Below, one piece after another: positions 53,549-62,282 of a stretch of DNA of 64,000 nucleotides. This stretch comes from an uncultured Desulfurococcaceae archaeon (lineage in GTDB: Archaea > Thermoproteota > Thermoprotei_A > Sulfolobales > NBVN01). The notes beneath the pieces were generated by a model. The model searched no databases and was not told the origin of the DNA. It was given only the letters and a program-made list of their open reading frames with translations. How positions within the stretch are numbered: position 1 is the stretch's first letter; the number at the start of each line of letters is the position of its first letter. Position numbers and translations under genes: made by a program. The stretch covers positions 1,211-65,210 of the forward strand of contig CAYNPH010000097.1 of assembly GCA_964399035.1 (NCBI GenBank). The letters are read 5' to 3'.

Positions 53549-54769
53549 ATGAGGGTTATCGTAACTAAAAGGGTTAAGCCGTTAAGATTTGGTGGTATTA
53601 TAATTCCGTTTTTATCTATAGTTATAGGCATATTCCTAGCTACCCTAGCCCTCTACGGGCTAGCCCGTGTACCTCCCCCGCTAGTATATGGGGCAATAGG
53701 GCAATCCCTCATATCTCCTCAGATGCTTCAAACCTTCGTTATGCTAACCATACTTGGTGTAGCTCTCATAATACCATTCAGTGCAGCGGTGTGGAATATT
53801 GGTGCAGAGGGACAGATCATCTGGGGTATGATAGCCTCTGCGTTTATAGGGTTATCCGTTGCTGTTAGGTACATAATGGTATCGCAGGCGGAGCTACCTA
53901 AATATACTAACATGCCTGGGATGTTCGTTCTCCCAACACCTACGGTATCGGGCGCATATGCTGTTGAAGCACTAACTATGAGCCCTGGGGCCGCAATAGC
54001 GTTGATGCTCATATTAGCTGCCATCTCAGGGGCTGTGTGGGCACTAATAGCGGGTTTAATGAAGGCATACCTAGATATAGATGAGGTTGCAACGACATTA
54101 ATCATGAATTACATAGCATATTACGCGTATAATTATATAGTATATGGTCCTCTTCAGGGAATCACGATATCCACTAGCGGGTTCGGCCTCTCCAATGCCT
54201 TACATCCAGAGTTAAGGTTTGCTAGGATAAGTACAACCACGACAGCCACTTGGGAAGGAGTAGGGCTCATGATTGCCATATTCGCCATCGCATGGTTTGT
54301 ATTGAGGCACACCACTTTCGGGTTAAGGCTTAGAATACTGGGTTCGAACCCGAACGCACTTAAGGCTGCGGGTATAAATGTCCGTAAATATATAGTCCTA
54401 GCACTAACCATTAGTGGCGCTATAGCTGGCTTAGTAGGCACAATACTCTTCGCTGGCAACCTTTATCAGTTAATAAAGATAAAAACGATAACAACGCCAC
54501 CCACGCATAACATAGGCTACACTGCTATCCTAGTGTCATGGCTCTCTATGCTTGACTTAAGAGGCGTCCCCATAGCTGCTTACATTGTAGCGAGCTTATT
54601 CCAGGCCGGTATAAACCTGCAATCCTCACTTGGTGGGGTTAGTGGTGGTAGCGCTATGATTAGCAGCGGTGCGTTAACGTACGTTCTAATAGGATTCGTA
54701 CTGACCACATTCACCATACTGAGGGTGTTCTCAGAATATAGTATAAGAATAGTACGTGAAAAGAGGTGA
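53549..54769 (+). CDS. ABC transporter permease (BMP/ribose-type)
   Basis: Polytopic membrane protein starting 1 nt after the ATPase stop. GLRLRILGSNPNALKAAGINV is the conserved loop of this permease family. Confidence 0.75.
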   Translation: MRVIVTKRVKPLRFGGIIIPFLSIVIGIFLATLALYGLARVPPPLVYGAIGQSLISPQMLQTFVMLTILGVALIIPFSAAVWNIGAEGQIIWGMIASAFIGLSVAVRYIMVSQAELPKYTNMPGMFVLPTPTVSGAYAVEALTMSPGAAIALMLILAAISGAVWALIAGLMKAYLDIDEVATTLIMNYIAYYAYNYIVYGPLQGITISTSGFGLSNALHPELRFARISTTTTATWEGVGLMIAIFAIAWFVLRHTTFGLRLRILGSNPNALKAAGINVRKYIVLALTISGAIAGLVGTILFAGNLYQLIKIKTITTPPTHNIGYTAILVSWLSMLDLRGVPIAAYIVASLFQAGINLQSSLGGVSGGSAMISSGALTYVLIGFVLTTFTILRVFSEYSIRIVREKR

Positions 54770-54775
54770 GCCCGC

Positions 54776-55672
54776 ATGAACCCCGCGTTAGTAACCTTAA
54801 TATTGGGTGTGGGTCCGGCTTTCGCCGCATATTACTTAACAGCTATAGGGCATGGACTCTTCGAAAAATCAGGCATACTTAACTTAGCCATCGATGGTGT
54901 ATTTACCGTATCAGTGGCTGTGGCATATGTGATTGCACTATTCGCTGGTACGGCTATCGCCGGATCTGTGGCCTCCCTAATAATAGCTGCCGCGTTCGGT
55001 GTATTTATAGCGTACCTAGCAACCAAGTTACCTATAAGTCATGGAGCCATAGGCTTATCAATAATGTTCGTTGGATACGGATTAGCCGCGTTAATAGCCG
55101 TACCTATAAGAAGCCAAGTAAATGCTGTGGTGTCGTACCCGCTAAGCGTGGAAACAGACGTAGGTTTCATAGTGTTCTCCATAATACTGGGTATACTAGT
55201 GCACCTAATGCTCAGCAGAACCAAGCTAGGTGCAGCAATAAGGGCAGCAGGTGAAAACCCACACGCAGCATCAGCCCTAGGAGTTAACGTGCTTAAGGTA
55301 AGGGTCATAGCAGGCATACTCGGTTATGCACTAATAGGGTTAGGAGCATCATTCTACTTCCTAGCGTACACGCCAGCACCCTATAGTGAAGGCATGGGGA
55401 TGGGGCAAGGATGGATAGCATTCGCCATATCGTTATCGGCAGGGAGGCACCCCCTGCTAACGATACTTTCGGCGGCCGTCTTCGCAGAGCTTCTCTATAA
55501 TAAATTCGTCCTTCAGGGGTACCTAGGGCTATCAGTGCATGTAACAAAGATGATACCGTACCTAGCAGCGTTAGTTGCTATGGTGATATTCATGGTAACC
55601 CCATTGAAGAGGAAGTTAGCACCGCCGCGAGCCTTAGGGAAGATCTACTTCAAGGAGGAGAGAACTGTCTAA
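54776..55672 (+). CDS. ABC transporter permease (BMP/ribose-type)
   Basis: Polytopic protein. KLGAAIRAAGENPHAASALGVNV is the conserved loop. Confidence 0.75.
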   Translation: MNPALVTLILGVGPAFAAYYLTAIGHGLFEKSGILNLAIDGVFTVSVAVAYVIALFAGTAIAGSVASLIIAAAFGVFIAYLATKLPISHGAIGLSIMFVGYGLAALIAVPIRSQVNAVVSYPLSVETDVGFIVFSIILGILVHLMLSRTKLGAAIRAAGENPHAASALGVNVLKVRVIAGILGYALIGLGASFYFLAYTPAPYSEGMGMGQGWIAFAISLSAGRHPLLTILSAAVFAELLYNKFVLQGYLGLSVHVTKMIPYLAALVAMVIFMVTPLKRKLAPPRALGKIYFKEERTV

Positions 55673-55717
55673 GTCGGATAAAGCTAAGGCGATATTACTT
55701 TTTATTTGGTTAAACTA

Positions 55718-56521
55718 TTAAGGACGAATGTTTTTGAGCAATAAACTAACTTCATCCGCGAACTGTTTTAAGTCGTAAAGCCCCGACGCCTGTAGCGGCG
55801 CTACTCGGAAATCTAGGATAACTTCATTATCACTACCTACGTACAGCAGTAAGGTCACAGGTTTTTTACGCCCTAAACCGAACATACTACCGCGAACCAA
55901 TATAGCGTAAGTACTTGCTATCTCACGTTGTTTATATCCTAACTCATTACTCAGGAACTCAGTTGCCCTACGAATAAACTCAGGTACGCTCATTTCCGTT
56001 AAGTTCACGCGGCATATATGTCGAGCTAGGCTTAACGACCTACATACAGTGCCTTCATCAATAACATATTTCTCCATTAAGTATTCTTCTTCATTGGTCT
56101 TAGTTCTCGTGATACACCAATACAGTATACCACCGCCAAGTAGTACTAAACCCGCACCGATTAACCAGTATAGAATGCTGAACGAACCGACCCTCTGAGG
56201 ATAACATATGATAATACTTGCATTCTTAGGTAACGAACCCTTTATACAATATACTCCAACCTTGTTTACAGCATATTGAACAGTACATCCGCTAATAGTA
56301 GATGAGTTAACCTTTCTTAATTGAGGTATCGAAACACCAGTACCTTTCACACATATAATCCCGGGCTTACTTACCACGAAACATGAATTACTCACGAATT
56401 CCACACCAGCACACTCTACAGCACTATAAGTCAAGGCAGCATAGACTGTTACTATAATTCCTGTGATTAGCAATACTAATCCAATACGTAACGCAACCCT
56501 AGGTTCCACCTCAATCATCAC
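55718..56521 (-). CDS. Hypothetical two-TM protein with a Cys-rich extracytoplasmic loop
   Basis: TM1, then a loop of about 90 aa with 6 Cys, then TM2, then a soluble C-terminal domain of about 130 aa. AT-rich coding sequence. Confidence 0.45.
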   Translation of the reverse strand: MMIEVEPRVALRIGLVLLITGIIVTVYAALTYSAVECAGVEFVSNSCFVVSKPGIICVKGTGVSIPQLRKVNSSTISGCTVQYAVNKVGVYCIKGSLPKNASIIICYPQRVGSFSILYWLIGAGLVLLGGGILYWCITRTKTNEEEYLMEKYVIDEGTVCRSLSLARHICRVNLTEMSVPEFIRRATEFLSNELGYKQREIASTYAILVRGSMFGLGRKKPVTLLLYVGSDNEVILDFRVAPLQASGLYDLKQFADEVSLLLKNIRP

Positions 56522-56581
56522 GCCTTTAGACAGAGCCCACGAATTTTAAGGTTAGCCTACTTTTGATCCTGGTGTGATCCC

Positions 56582-57259
56582 TTGAAGGCAGTTGTGTTTG
56601 ACCTTTTCGGTACGTTAATAACAAGTGATTCTGATGAGGTGGCGCATGAGGCTCTCTCTAAGGCATTAGCGGAGATACACGCTAACGTTTTTGATTGGGA
56701 AGAGCACATGAGGATATATAGGGAACTAGTTGGGCAGGGCGTCTCATCCCTTGACGCTACCTGGGAGGCCCTCCTAAGATCTCTTCACGGAACCATGTCA
56801 GAACCGCTGGTGAGTAAGGCTGAATTAGTTAGGATGCATACCGAATTCCACGCCAGGTACGCTAGGTTACGCCCAGATGCAATCCCTGCTCTAAAGAAGG
56901 CTAGGGAGTTCCTTGATAGGGTCGGTCTAGTTACTGACGGGGACGGTGAGATTGTGTACGCCGTTTTGGAAGCGGTAGGGATTCTAAAGTACTTTGACGC
57001 CATAGTCACGTTTAATGACTGCCACGTGAGGAAACCTGATCCATGTTTATTCCTAACATGCTTAAGGAAGCTAAGCGTGAGACCTGAGAACGCGGTAATG
57101 ATAGGGGACAGATGTGCTGATGTTGAGGGCTCCACGAAGGTCGGTATGAAGGCTGTACTCCTAGGTAGTTCTAAGTACTGCAACGTTAAACCTCATGCGG
57201 AGGCTAATGACTTACTTGAAGCCGTTGATCATGCGTTAATTTTGCTTGGAATACGTTGA
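56582..57259 (+). CDS. HAD superfamily hydrolase
   Basis: Motif I AVVFDLFGTLI, motif II GLVTDG, motif IV MIGDRCADVEG. Confidence 0.75.
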   Translation: MKAVVFDLFGTLITSDSDEVAHEALSKALAEIHANVFDWEEHMRIYRELVGQGVSSLDATWEALLRSLHGTMSEPLVSKAELVRMHTEFHARYARLRPDAIPALKKAREFLDRVGLVTDGDGEIVYAVLEAVGILKYFDAIVTFNDCHVRKPDPCLFLTCLRKLSVRPENAVMIGDRCADVEGSTKVGMKAVLLGSSKYCNVKPHAEANDLLEAVDHALILLGIR

Positions 57260-57385
57260 CACATAAAACATTAGTTAAGGTATGTGAACGGTATCATTGA
57301 TTATATTTATCCTGCATCTAATTGAACTACTTACATGGGAACATCTTGATACTACCGACAGTAGGTGTAAACATCATATAAAGGT

Positions 57386-57472
57386 TGGTATTCCATGAGA
57401 TCAAATGCAACTTTTATTCCAGTTCCTTAATGAGATTCAGTGGTGCACCACATGGTGAGACATGGAATACCA
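57386..57472. repeat. 12-bp perfect inverted repeat TGGTATTCCATG / CATGGAATACCA with a 63-nt spacer containing the palindrome GGTGCACC
   Basis: Arms at 57386-57397 and 57461-57472. GGTGCACC at 57442-57449. Lies in a 290-bp AT-rich intergenic region upstream of ORF 57552. Confidence 0.7.
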
Positions 57473-57551
57473 CTTCTAAATAATTAGCTTCATCGAAGCA
57501 TAGTTTCTTGGTCATTAAATTAATAAATCCTCCAGATAAAAAGTCTACGAG

Positions 57552-58745
57552 GTGCCTCATTTGGCGAGTGAGAGACAGGATGAGAGAGAGCTTATTGAGA
57601 AATTATATTCGTACTTTCTCTATAGAAGATATTTGAACCCCTCACTTATTGACTTTATTGACCAAATACAAAGTTATGAGTACGTGCCGGAGATAACGCG
57701 GGTCGCTGATGACATGGGCATTCACGCCTCAACAGTGTGGAAATTTATGAACTTGCTGAAGAGTAAGGGACTCCGGTTCCTAGGCGTGGTCGAGATATCT
57801 AAGCTGAACGCTGAGGTCATAACGATAGTTCTCAACGAATACATACCCTACGAGAGATTATTTAAGTCTCTAATGAGGGAATATGCGCCCGTGCTCCCAT
57901 GGGGTACCGCTATAACCTACATAATACCGAGGGGTACGGCGGAGACTTTCCTGAACGAATTACTTCCCACGCTTCCTAGAGAACCTAAGGAGGTGATTAA
58001 GTCAACATACTCCATAATCGGCAGGCCGAACCTCAAGAGGTATTACGATGTGAAGAGCAGGGAGATAATAATTAATTGGGAGGACCTTGCGAACATGATT
58101 AGGGCTGCCCCACGCGAGTCAATACCGAGGGAGGTTCAGCGTAGAGGGAGGATAGACGATATAGACCTATTCATCCTCCGGAAGCTGGAGATCAACCCGT
58201 TTGAATCGCTAAGGAAGGTTACTGAGGAACTCAACAAGGAGATGAAGCCCGTATCGCCAGTAAATTACATCAGAGTGCTTAGACACTTCAAGAACCATAT
58301 CGAGGCAAGAGGGGTGCTTAAGGGAGTGAAGTTAGATACTACGCCCCTTTACCCGTATGACACGGTGTACGTGAAGACCATAATTAAGGGTAATCCTGCC
58401 GAGGTTCACAGGGTATCGAAGGTGCTTACAACGCATCCGATGTTCCCTGAAGCGTTCCTTAATCCGTCAGAAGGGGTTTCGGTGATTAATGCATTCATAC
58501 CGCTCACCAAGCTCTTCAGCTACAGTAAGTTCTTGGATAGCTTAAAGAGCGAAGGCTTACTCAAGGAGTGGAGCGTGACCTATCTTGATAGGGGCAGTTG
58601 GAAGAAGTTTGCACTACCTATAACGCTGTTCTCGAAGCCTGTGAACGTACTCGTGAGGGAGGGTGGTGATGAGTTCGTTGAGGAGATCGATGTTAGTGTG
58701 TCAATACCCCCATTAAGTAAGTTAAGGAAGGTGAAGAAGGGTTAG
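57552..58745 (+). CDS. Hypothetical protein with two HTH-like modules (tandem Lrp/AsnC-like layout, tentative)
   Basis: ITRVADDMGIHASTVWKFMNLLKSKG and IDDIDLFILRKLEINPFESLRKVTEEL resemble Lrp-type HTH segments. Each is followed by an alpha/beta region of about 100 aa. Confidence 0.4.
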   Translation: MPHLASERQDERELIEKLYSYFLYRRYLNPSLIDFIDQIQSYEYVPEITRVADDMGIHASTVWKFMNLLKSKGLRFLGVVEISKLNAEVITIVLNEYIPYERLFKSLMREYAPVLPWGTAITYIIPRGTAETFLNELLPTLPREPKEVIKSTYSIIGRPNLKRYYDVKSREIIINWEDLANMIRAAPRESIPREVQRRGRIDDIDLFILRKLEINPFESLRKVTEELNKEMKPVSPVNYIRVLRHFKNHIEARGVLKGVKLDTTPLYPYDTVYVKTIIKGNPAEVHRVSKVLTTHPMFPEAFLNPSEGVSVINAFIPLTKLFSYSKFLDSLKSEGLLKEWSVTYLDRGSWKKFALPITLFSKPVNVLVREGGDEFVEEIDVSVSIPPLSKLRKVKKG

Positions 58746-58913
58746 TTTTCCATTCAATATACGCACTCGAAGTCTTCAGCTTCATAGTGTGTCTTCGTAA
58801 TTTACTTTATTGCTCACTACTTTAATTTCGACCGACTTAGTGATAATTTTTACTACCGGACGAAGTAATTAATGCTAGATTGTTCTTAAATTTATTAGCT
58901 TACCCTAAACTGA

Positions 58914-60182
58914 TTGTCTCTGGGATCTTGTTTGAGGATTAGGAACATCCCAACCTTGGATGATATCCAGCTGAGTGAGCGGAAGGTATTAGTTAGGGTG
59001 GACTTTAACTGCCCCCTAGATAGAGAGGGAAATATACTGGACGACTCTAGGATGAGAGCACACGTGCCAACGATAAAGAAGTTACTTGATAAGGGAGCGG
59101 CTGTCGTGGTAACAACTCATCAGGGGAGGCCGGGGAATGAGGACTTCAGGGACCTGTCTAAGCACGCCGAGGTATTTTCGTCATTACTTGGTGAGGAGGT
59201 GAGGTTCGTTGAGGATGTTATGGGTCCTGAAGCTAGGAAGCAGATAAAGGAGCTGGGCTACGGGGAAGTGCTGATGCTTGATAACGTTAGGTTCGTTTCG
59301 GAGGAGGTTGTGGAGGCACCGCCTGAGGTTCAAGCTAAGACTTACTTAGTGAGGAGGCTTGCACCGCTTTTTGACTTGTTCGTTTTCGATGCGTTCGCAA
59401 CGGCCCATCGATCCCAACCATCAATAGTTGGCTTCCCGATGGTGCTCCCCTCCGTTATGGGTGAGTTGATGAGGAGGGAGCTTGAAGCCCTACGAAGGGT
59501 TCTAGAGGCGTCGGAACCTCCTAGAATATTTGTGCTCGGTGGCGCGAAGGTGAGGGACACTATTAGGATAATTGAGTACCTAACCAAGAACGGGATAGCC
59601 GACAGGATACTCACCACGGGTCTTGTGGGGCTGGTGTTCCACGTAGCTAAGGGAGGGAGGGTAGGTAAGGTAGTTATGAAGTTCCTTGAGGAGAAAGGCC
59701 TGCTGGGACTCATACCGAGGGCCCGCAGGGTAGTACTCTCAGGTGCGCCCCTTGACACGCCCTATGACCTAAGGGTGCTTAGAGATGACGGCACGGTAGC
59801 GGAGGAGACGGTCCATAACCTGACGGGGAAACCCATGGATGTGGGACCGTATACCGTCGCCATGTACTCCGAACTAATAAGGGAGGCTAAGGTGGTGGTG
59901 ATGCGTGGGCCTGCAGGGCGCATCGAGGACCCTAGGTTCCGCTCGGGGACAGAGGACCTGCTTAGGGCTGCCCTGAAGAGCAATGCGTTCGTCGTGATTG
60001 GTGGGGGACACCTTGGTGCGATGGCACGTAATCAGGCTCGGGGGAACATCCACATTTCAACTGGCGGTGGTGCCCTACTTTTCGCCTTGTCAGGTGAGAA
60101 ACTCCCTGCTGTAGCAGCCCTTGAGGAATCTGCCAGGAGGTTTCTTAAGGATCAAAGGAGAGGAGGTGATTCAGGTGGGTAG
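58914..60182 (+). CDS. pgk: Phosphoglycerate kinase
   Basis: VLVRVDFNCPLD, TTHQGRPG, FDAFATAHR and GGGHLGA motifs. Non-ATG start, so the exact start is uncertain. Confidence 0.9.
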   Translation: MSLGSCLRIRNIPTLDDIQLSERKVLVRVDFNCPLDREGNILDDSRMRAHVPTIKKLLDKGAAVVVTTHQGRPGNEDFRDLSKHAEVFSSLLGEEVRFVEDVMGPEARKQIKELGYGEVLMLDNVRFVSEEVVEAPPEVQAKTYLVRRLAPLFDLFVFDAFATAHRSQPSIVGFPMVLPSVMGELMRRELEALRRVLEASEPPRIFVLGGAKVRDTIRIIEYLTKNGIADRILTTGLVGLVFHVAKGGRVGKVVMKFLEEKGLLGLIPRARRVVLSGAPLDTPYDLRVLRDDGTVAEETVHNLTGKPMDVGPYTVAMYSELIREAKVVVMRGPAGRIEDPRFRSGTEDLLRAALKSNAFVVIGGGHLGAMARNQARGNIHISTGGGALLFALSGEKLPAVAALEESARRFLKDQRRGGDSGG

Positions 60183-61200
60183 GGTTCGCGTCGGCGTTAA
60201 TGGGTACGGTACTATAGGTAAGCGCGTGGCTTGGGCCATCATGAAGCAGCCAGACATGGAGTTGGTCGGCGTAGTTAAGACGAGGCCGTCTTGGGAGGCC
60301 CTCTCCGCGGTAGCGAGGGGGATAAAGCTATACGTGCCCGAAGGGAGGGAGAAGCTCTTCGAGGAGGCCGGAGTTAGGGTGGCGGGCACTCTCCAGGACC
60401 TAATTCAATCCGTTGACGTTATGGTTGACGCTACGCCAGCAGGTGTTGGTGCGTCCTATGCGGGAATATACAGAGACGCTGGTGTTAAGGCCGTGTTCCA
60501 GGGTGGTGAGAGAGAGTCCGTCGCCGAGGTCAGCTTTAACGCCCTATATACTTACGAGGCCGCGTTAGGTAAGGCATCAGCTAGGGTAGTATCCTGCAAC
60601 ACCACCGGAATACTGAGGGTGCTTTACGCGTTCAAGAAAGCAGGTACTGTGCGGAGTGTTAGGGTGACCATAGTTAGGAGGGGTGCTGACCTAAAGGAGG
60701 TAAAGAAAGGACCTATCGAGGGCTTACTACTGAAGCCCGCTAAGCCACCGTCACACCACGCTGAGGACGTGCGGAGCGTTGCCGGGCGTGACCTAGACAT
60801 AGTTACATACTCAATCGTTGCACCAACCACACTTGCACATATGCATGTAATGTTCGTGAGGTTCGAAGGTAACGTCAGTAAGGAAGACATCGTCAGGGCC
60901 TTCGAGGAGACCCCGAGGATCGTGCTGCTTAAGGCAAGCATAGCCTCCTCGACGGCTGAGGTGAGGGAGCTTGCCCGTGACCTTGGCGGGCGTGGCGATA
61001 TTTATGAAGTAATCGTGTGGCCGGAGAGCCTATGGGTTAGGGGTAACGAGGCGGGTATCGCATACATGGTTCATCAAGAGGCAATAGTGGTTCCGGAGAA
61101 TATCGACGCTATACGGGCCATCACGGGAATAGTTGAGGACGGGGCCCGGTCGATAAGGTTAACTGACGAATCACTGAGTATTGGTAGGTGGTTACCGTGA
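60175..61200 (+). CDS. gap: Glyceraldehyde-3-phosphate dehydrogenase, archaeal type II
   Basis: GVNGYGTIGKRVA NAD(P) motif and catalytic VVSCNTTG. GTG at 60175 follows GGAGAGGAGGTGA and overlaps the pgk stop by 8 nt. The ORF-track start at 60121 is probably too early. Confidence 0.9.
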   Translation: MGRVRVGVNGYGTIGKRVAWAIMKQPDMELVGVVKTRPSWEALSAVARGIKLYVPEGREKLFEEAGVRVAGTLQDLIQSVDVMVDATPAGVGASYAGIYRDAGVKAVFQGGERESVAEVSFNALYTYEAALGKASARVVSCNTTGILRVLYAFKKAGTVRSVRVTIVRRGADLKEVKKGPIEGLLLKPAKPPSHHAEDVRSVAGRDLDIVTYSIVAPTTLAHMHVMFVRFEGNVSKEDIVRAFEETPRIVLLKASIASSTAEVRELARDLGGRGDIYEVIVWPESLWVRGNEAGIAYMVHQEAIVVPENIDAIRAITGIVEDGARSIRLTDESLSIGRWLP

Positions 61201-61622
61201 CGTACGTTAGGGAGCCAACCTACGAGGTTAGCTTCCTGTTCAGGAAGGTGCTGGTCCCTATAGACGGGTCCGCTGCAAGCATGAAGGCGTTGGACGTCGC
61301 ACTGGACTTCGCGAAGAGGTATGGGTCACGGGTTACTGTAATGATAGCTAATGACGGCAGCGTTGGGGATGTTAACTCCATCGTCGAGGACGTCGAGGCT
61401 AAGGCTAGGGGTGCGGGCGTACGGGTTAAGGTCTTGGTGACTGACGTTGATGTTGGGCTGGAGTCTGCGGCAAGCAAAATACTTGAAACCGTTGAGGAAG
61501 GGGACTACGACCTAGTGGTACTCTCAGCAAGGGGAAGGAGCGCCAATCCCGAAGTGAACATAGGTTCCGTAGCGCTTTCAGTCATAGTGAATACCGCGAC
61601 CTCAGTCATGCTGATAAGGTAA
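61188..61622 (+). CDS. Universal stress protein (UspA family)
   Basis: KVLVPIDGSAASMKALDVALDFA, DLVVLSARGRS and GSVALSVIVNTATSVMLIR. Confidence 0.8.
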   Translation: MVTVTYVREPTYEVSFLFRKVLVPIDGSAASMKALDVALDFAKRYGSRVTVMIANDGSVGDVNSIVEDVEAKARGAGVRVKVLVTDVDVGLESAASKILETVEEGDYDLVVLSARGRSANPEVNIGSVALSVIVNTATSVMLIR

Positions 61623-61743
61623 TATCCACGCTAGGTTGTTACCGGCAAGTATTACCGGAACCGCCCTAAGCCAGACGAGTTTATTTGATTTCCACCTTAT
61701 AACCTGGAATCAAGACCAGATTGATTTAGGGGTTACTGAGGTC

Positions 61744-62214
61744 ATGGGCAGAGCGTGTTGCGCATTAATCCTAGCAACTAAGGTCCTCGGCGTATCCGCC
61801 TTAAGGGATCCGCTACTAATTCATAAGGCAACGTACATCGCCCAGAAGTTATTCGGGCTTAAGTTAGGGTACAGGTTTGCTTGGCTCTCAAGCGGACCGT
61901 ACTCAAGGTCATTATCCAAAGAATTAACGACGACCAGCCTCCCGTGCCAATGCACCGTCAGGAGCATTGAGGAGGTCTCCACCAAGGTTGCTGATCTCAT
62001 AACGCGTGTCTGTAAAAGCACAGGACTTCCCCCTCACGAAGCGCTGGACGTTATTGCCGGGATCGTGATGCTCTCGATAGACGTGTACCCCGTACCGAGC
62101 GACGTAATCGGGGAACTGAGGCGCAGGAAACCATCACTCCGAAGGGAGGCGATAGACTCAGCTGTTAAGGTGTTATTCCCCTACCTACGGGCACTTAAGC
62201 AAAGAACGCAGTAG
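61744..62214 (+). CDS. Hypothetical protein, weak resemblance to the SocA/Panacea (DUF4065) domain
   Basis: LIHKATYIAQKLFGLKLGYRFAWLSSGPYSRSLSKEL resembles the DUF4065 pattern (KL.KLLY.aq...G..l....f.aw..GPv...ly). Start taken at ATG 61744. The ORF extends to 61636. Confidence 0.3.
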   Translation: MGRACCALILATKVLGVSALRDPLLIHKATYIAQKLFGLKLGYRFAWLSSGPYSRSLSKELTTTSLPCQCTVRSIEEVSTKVADLITRVCKSTGLPPHEALDVIAGIVMLSIDVYPVPSDVIGELRRRKPSLRREAIDSAVKVLFPYLRALKQRTQ

Positions 62215-62282
62215 CTGCTTCTCCACGCTCCCGGAGGGCACGCTAATTACCTTATTCACCCATTGTTAGGGTAGGTGAGGGC

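Noticed and set aside
60121-60174. The ORF-track 5-prime extension of the GAPDH gene (start at 60121).
   Set aside because: The extension overlaps the pgk 3-prime end by 62 nt and adds non-homologous residues. GTG at 60175, directly before the GVNGYGTIGKRVA motif and after a GGAGGTGA RBS, is the more plausible start.
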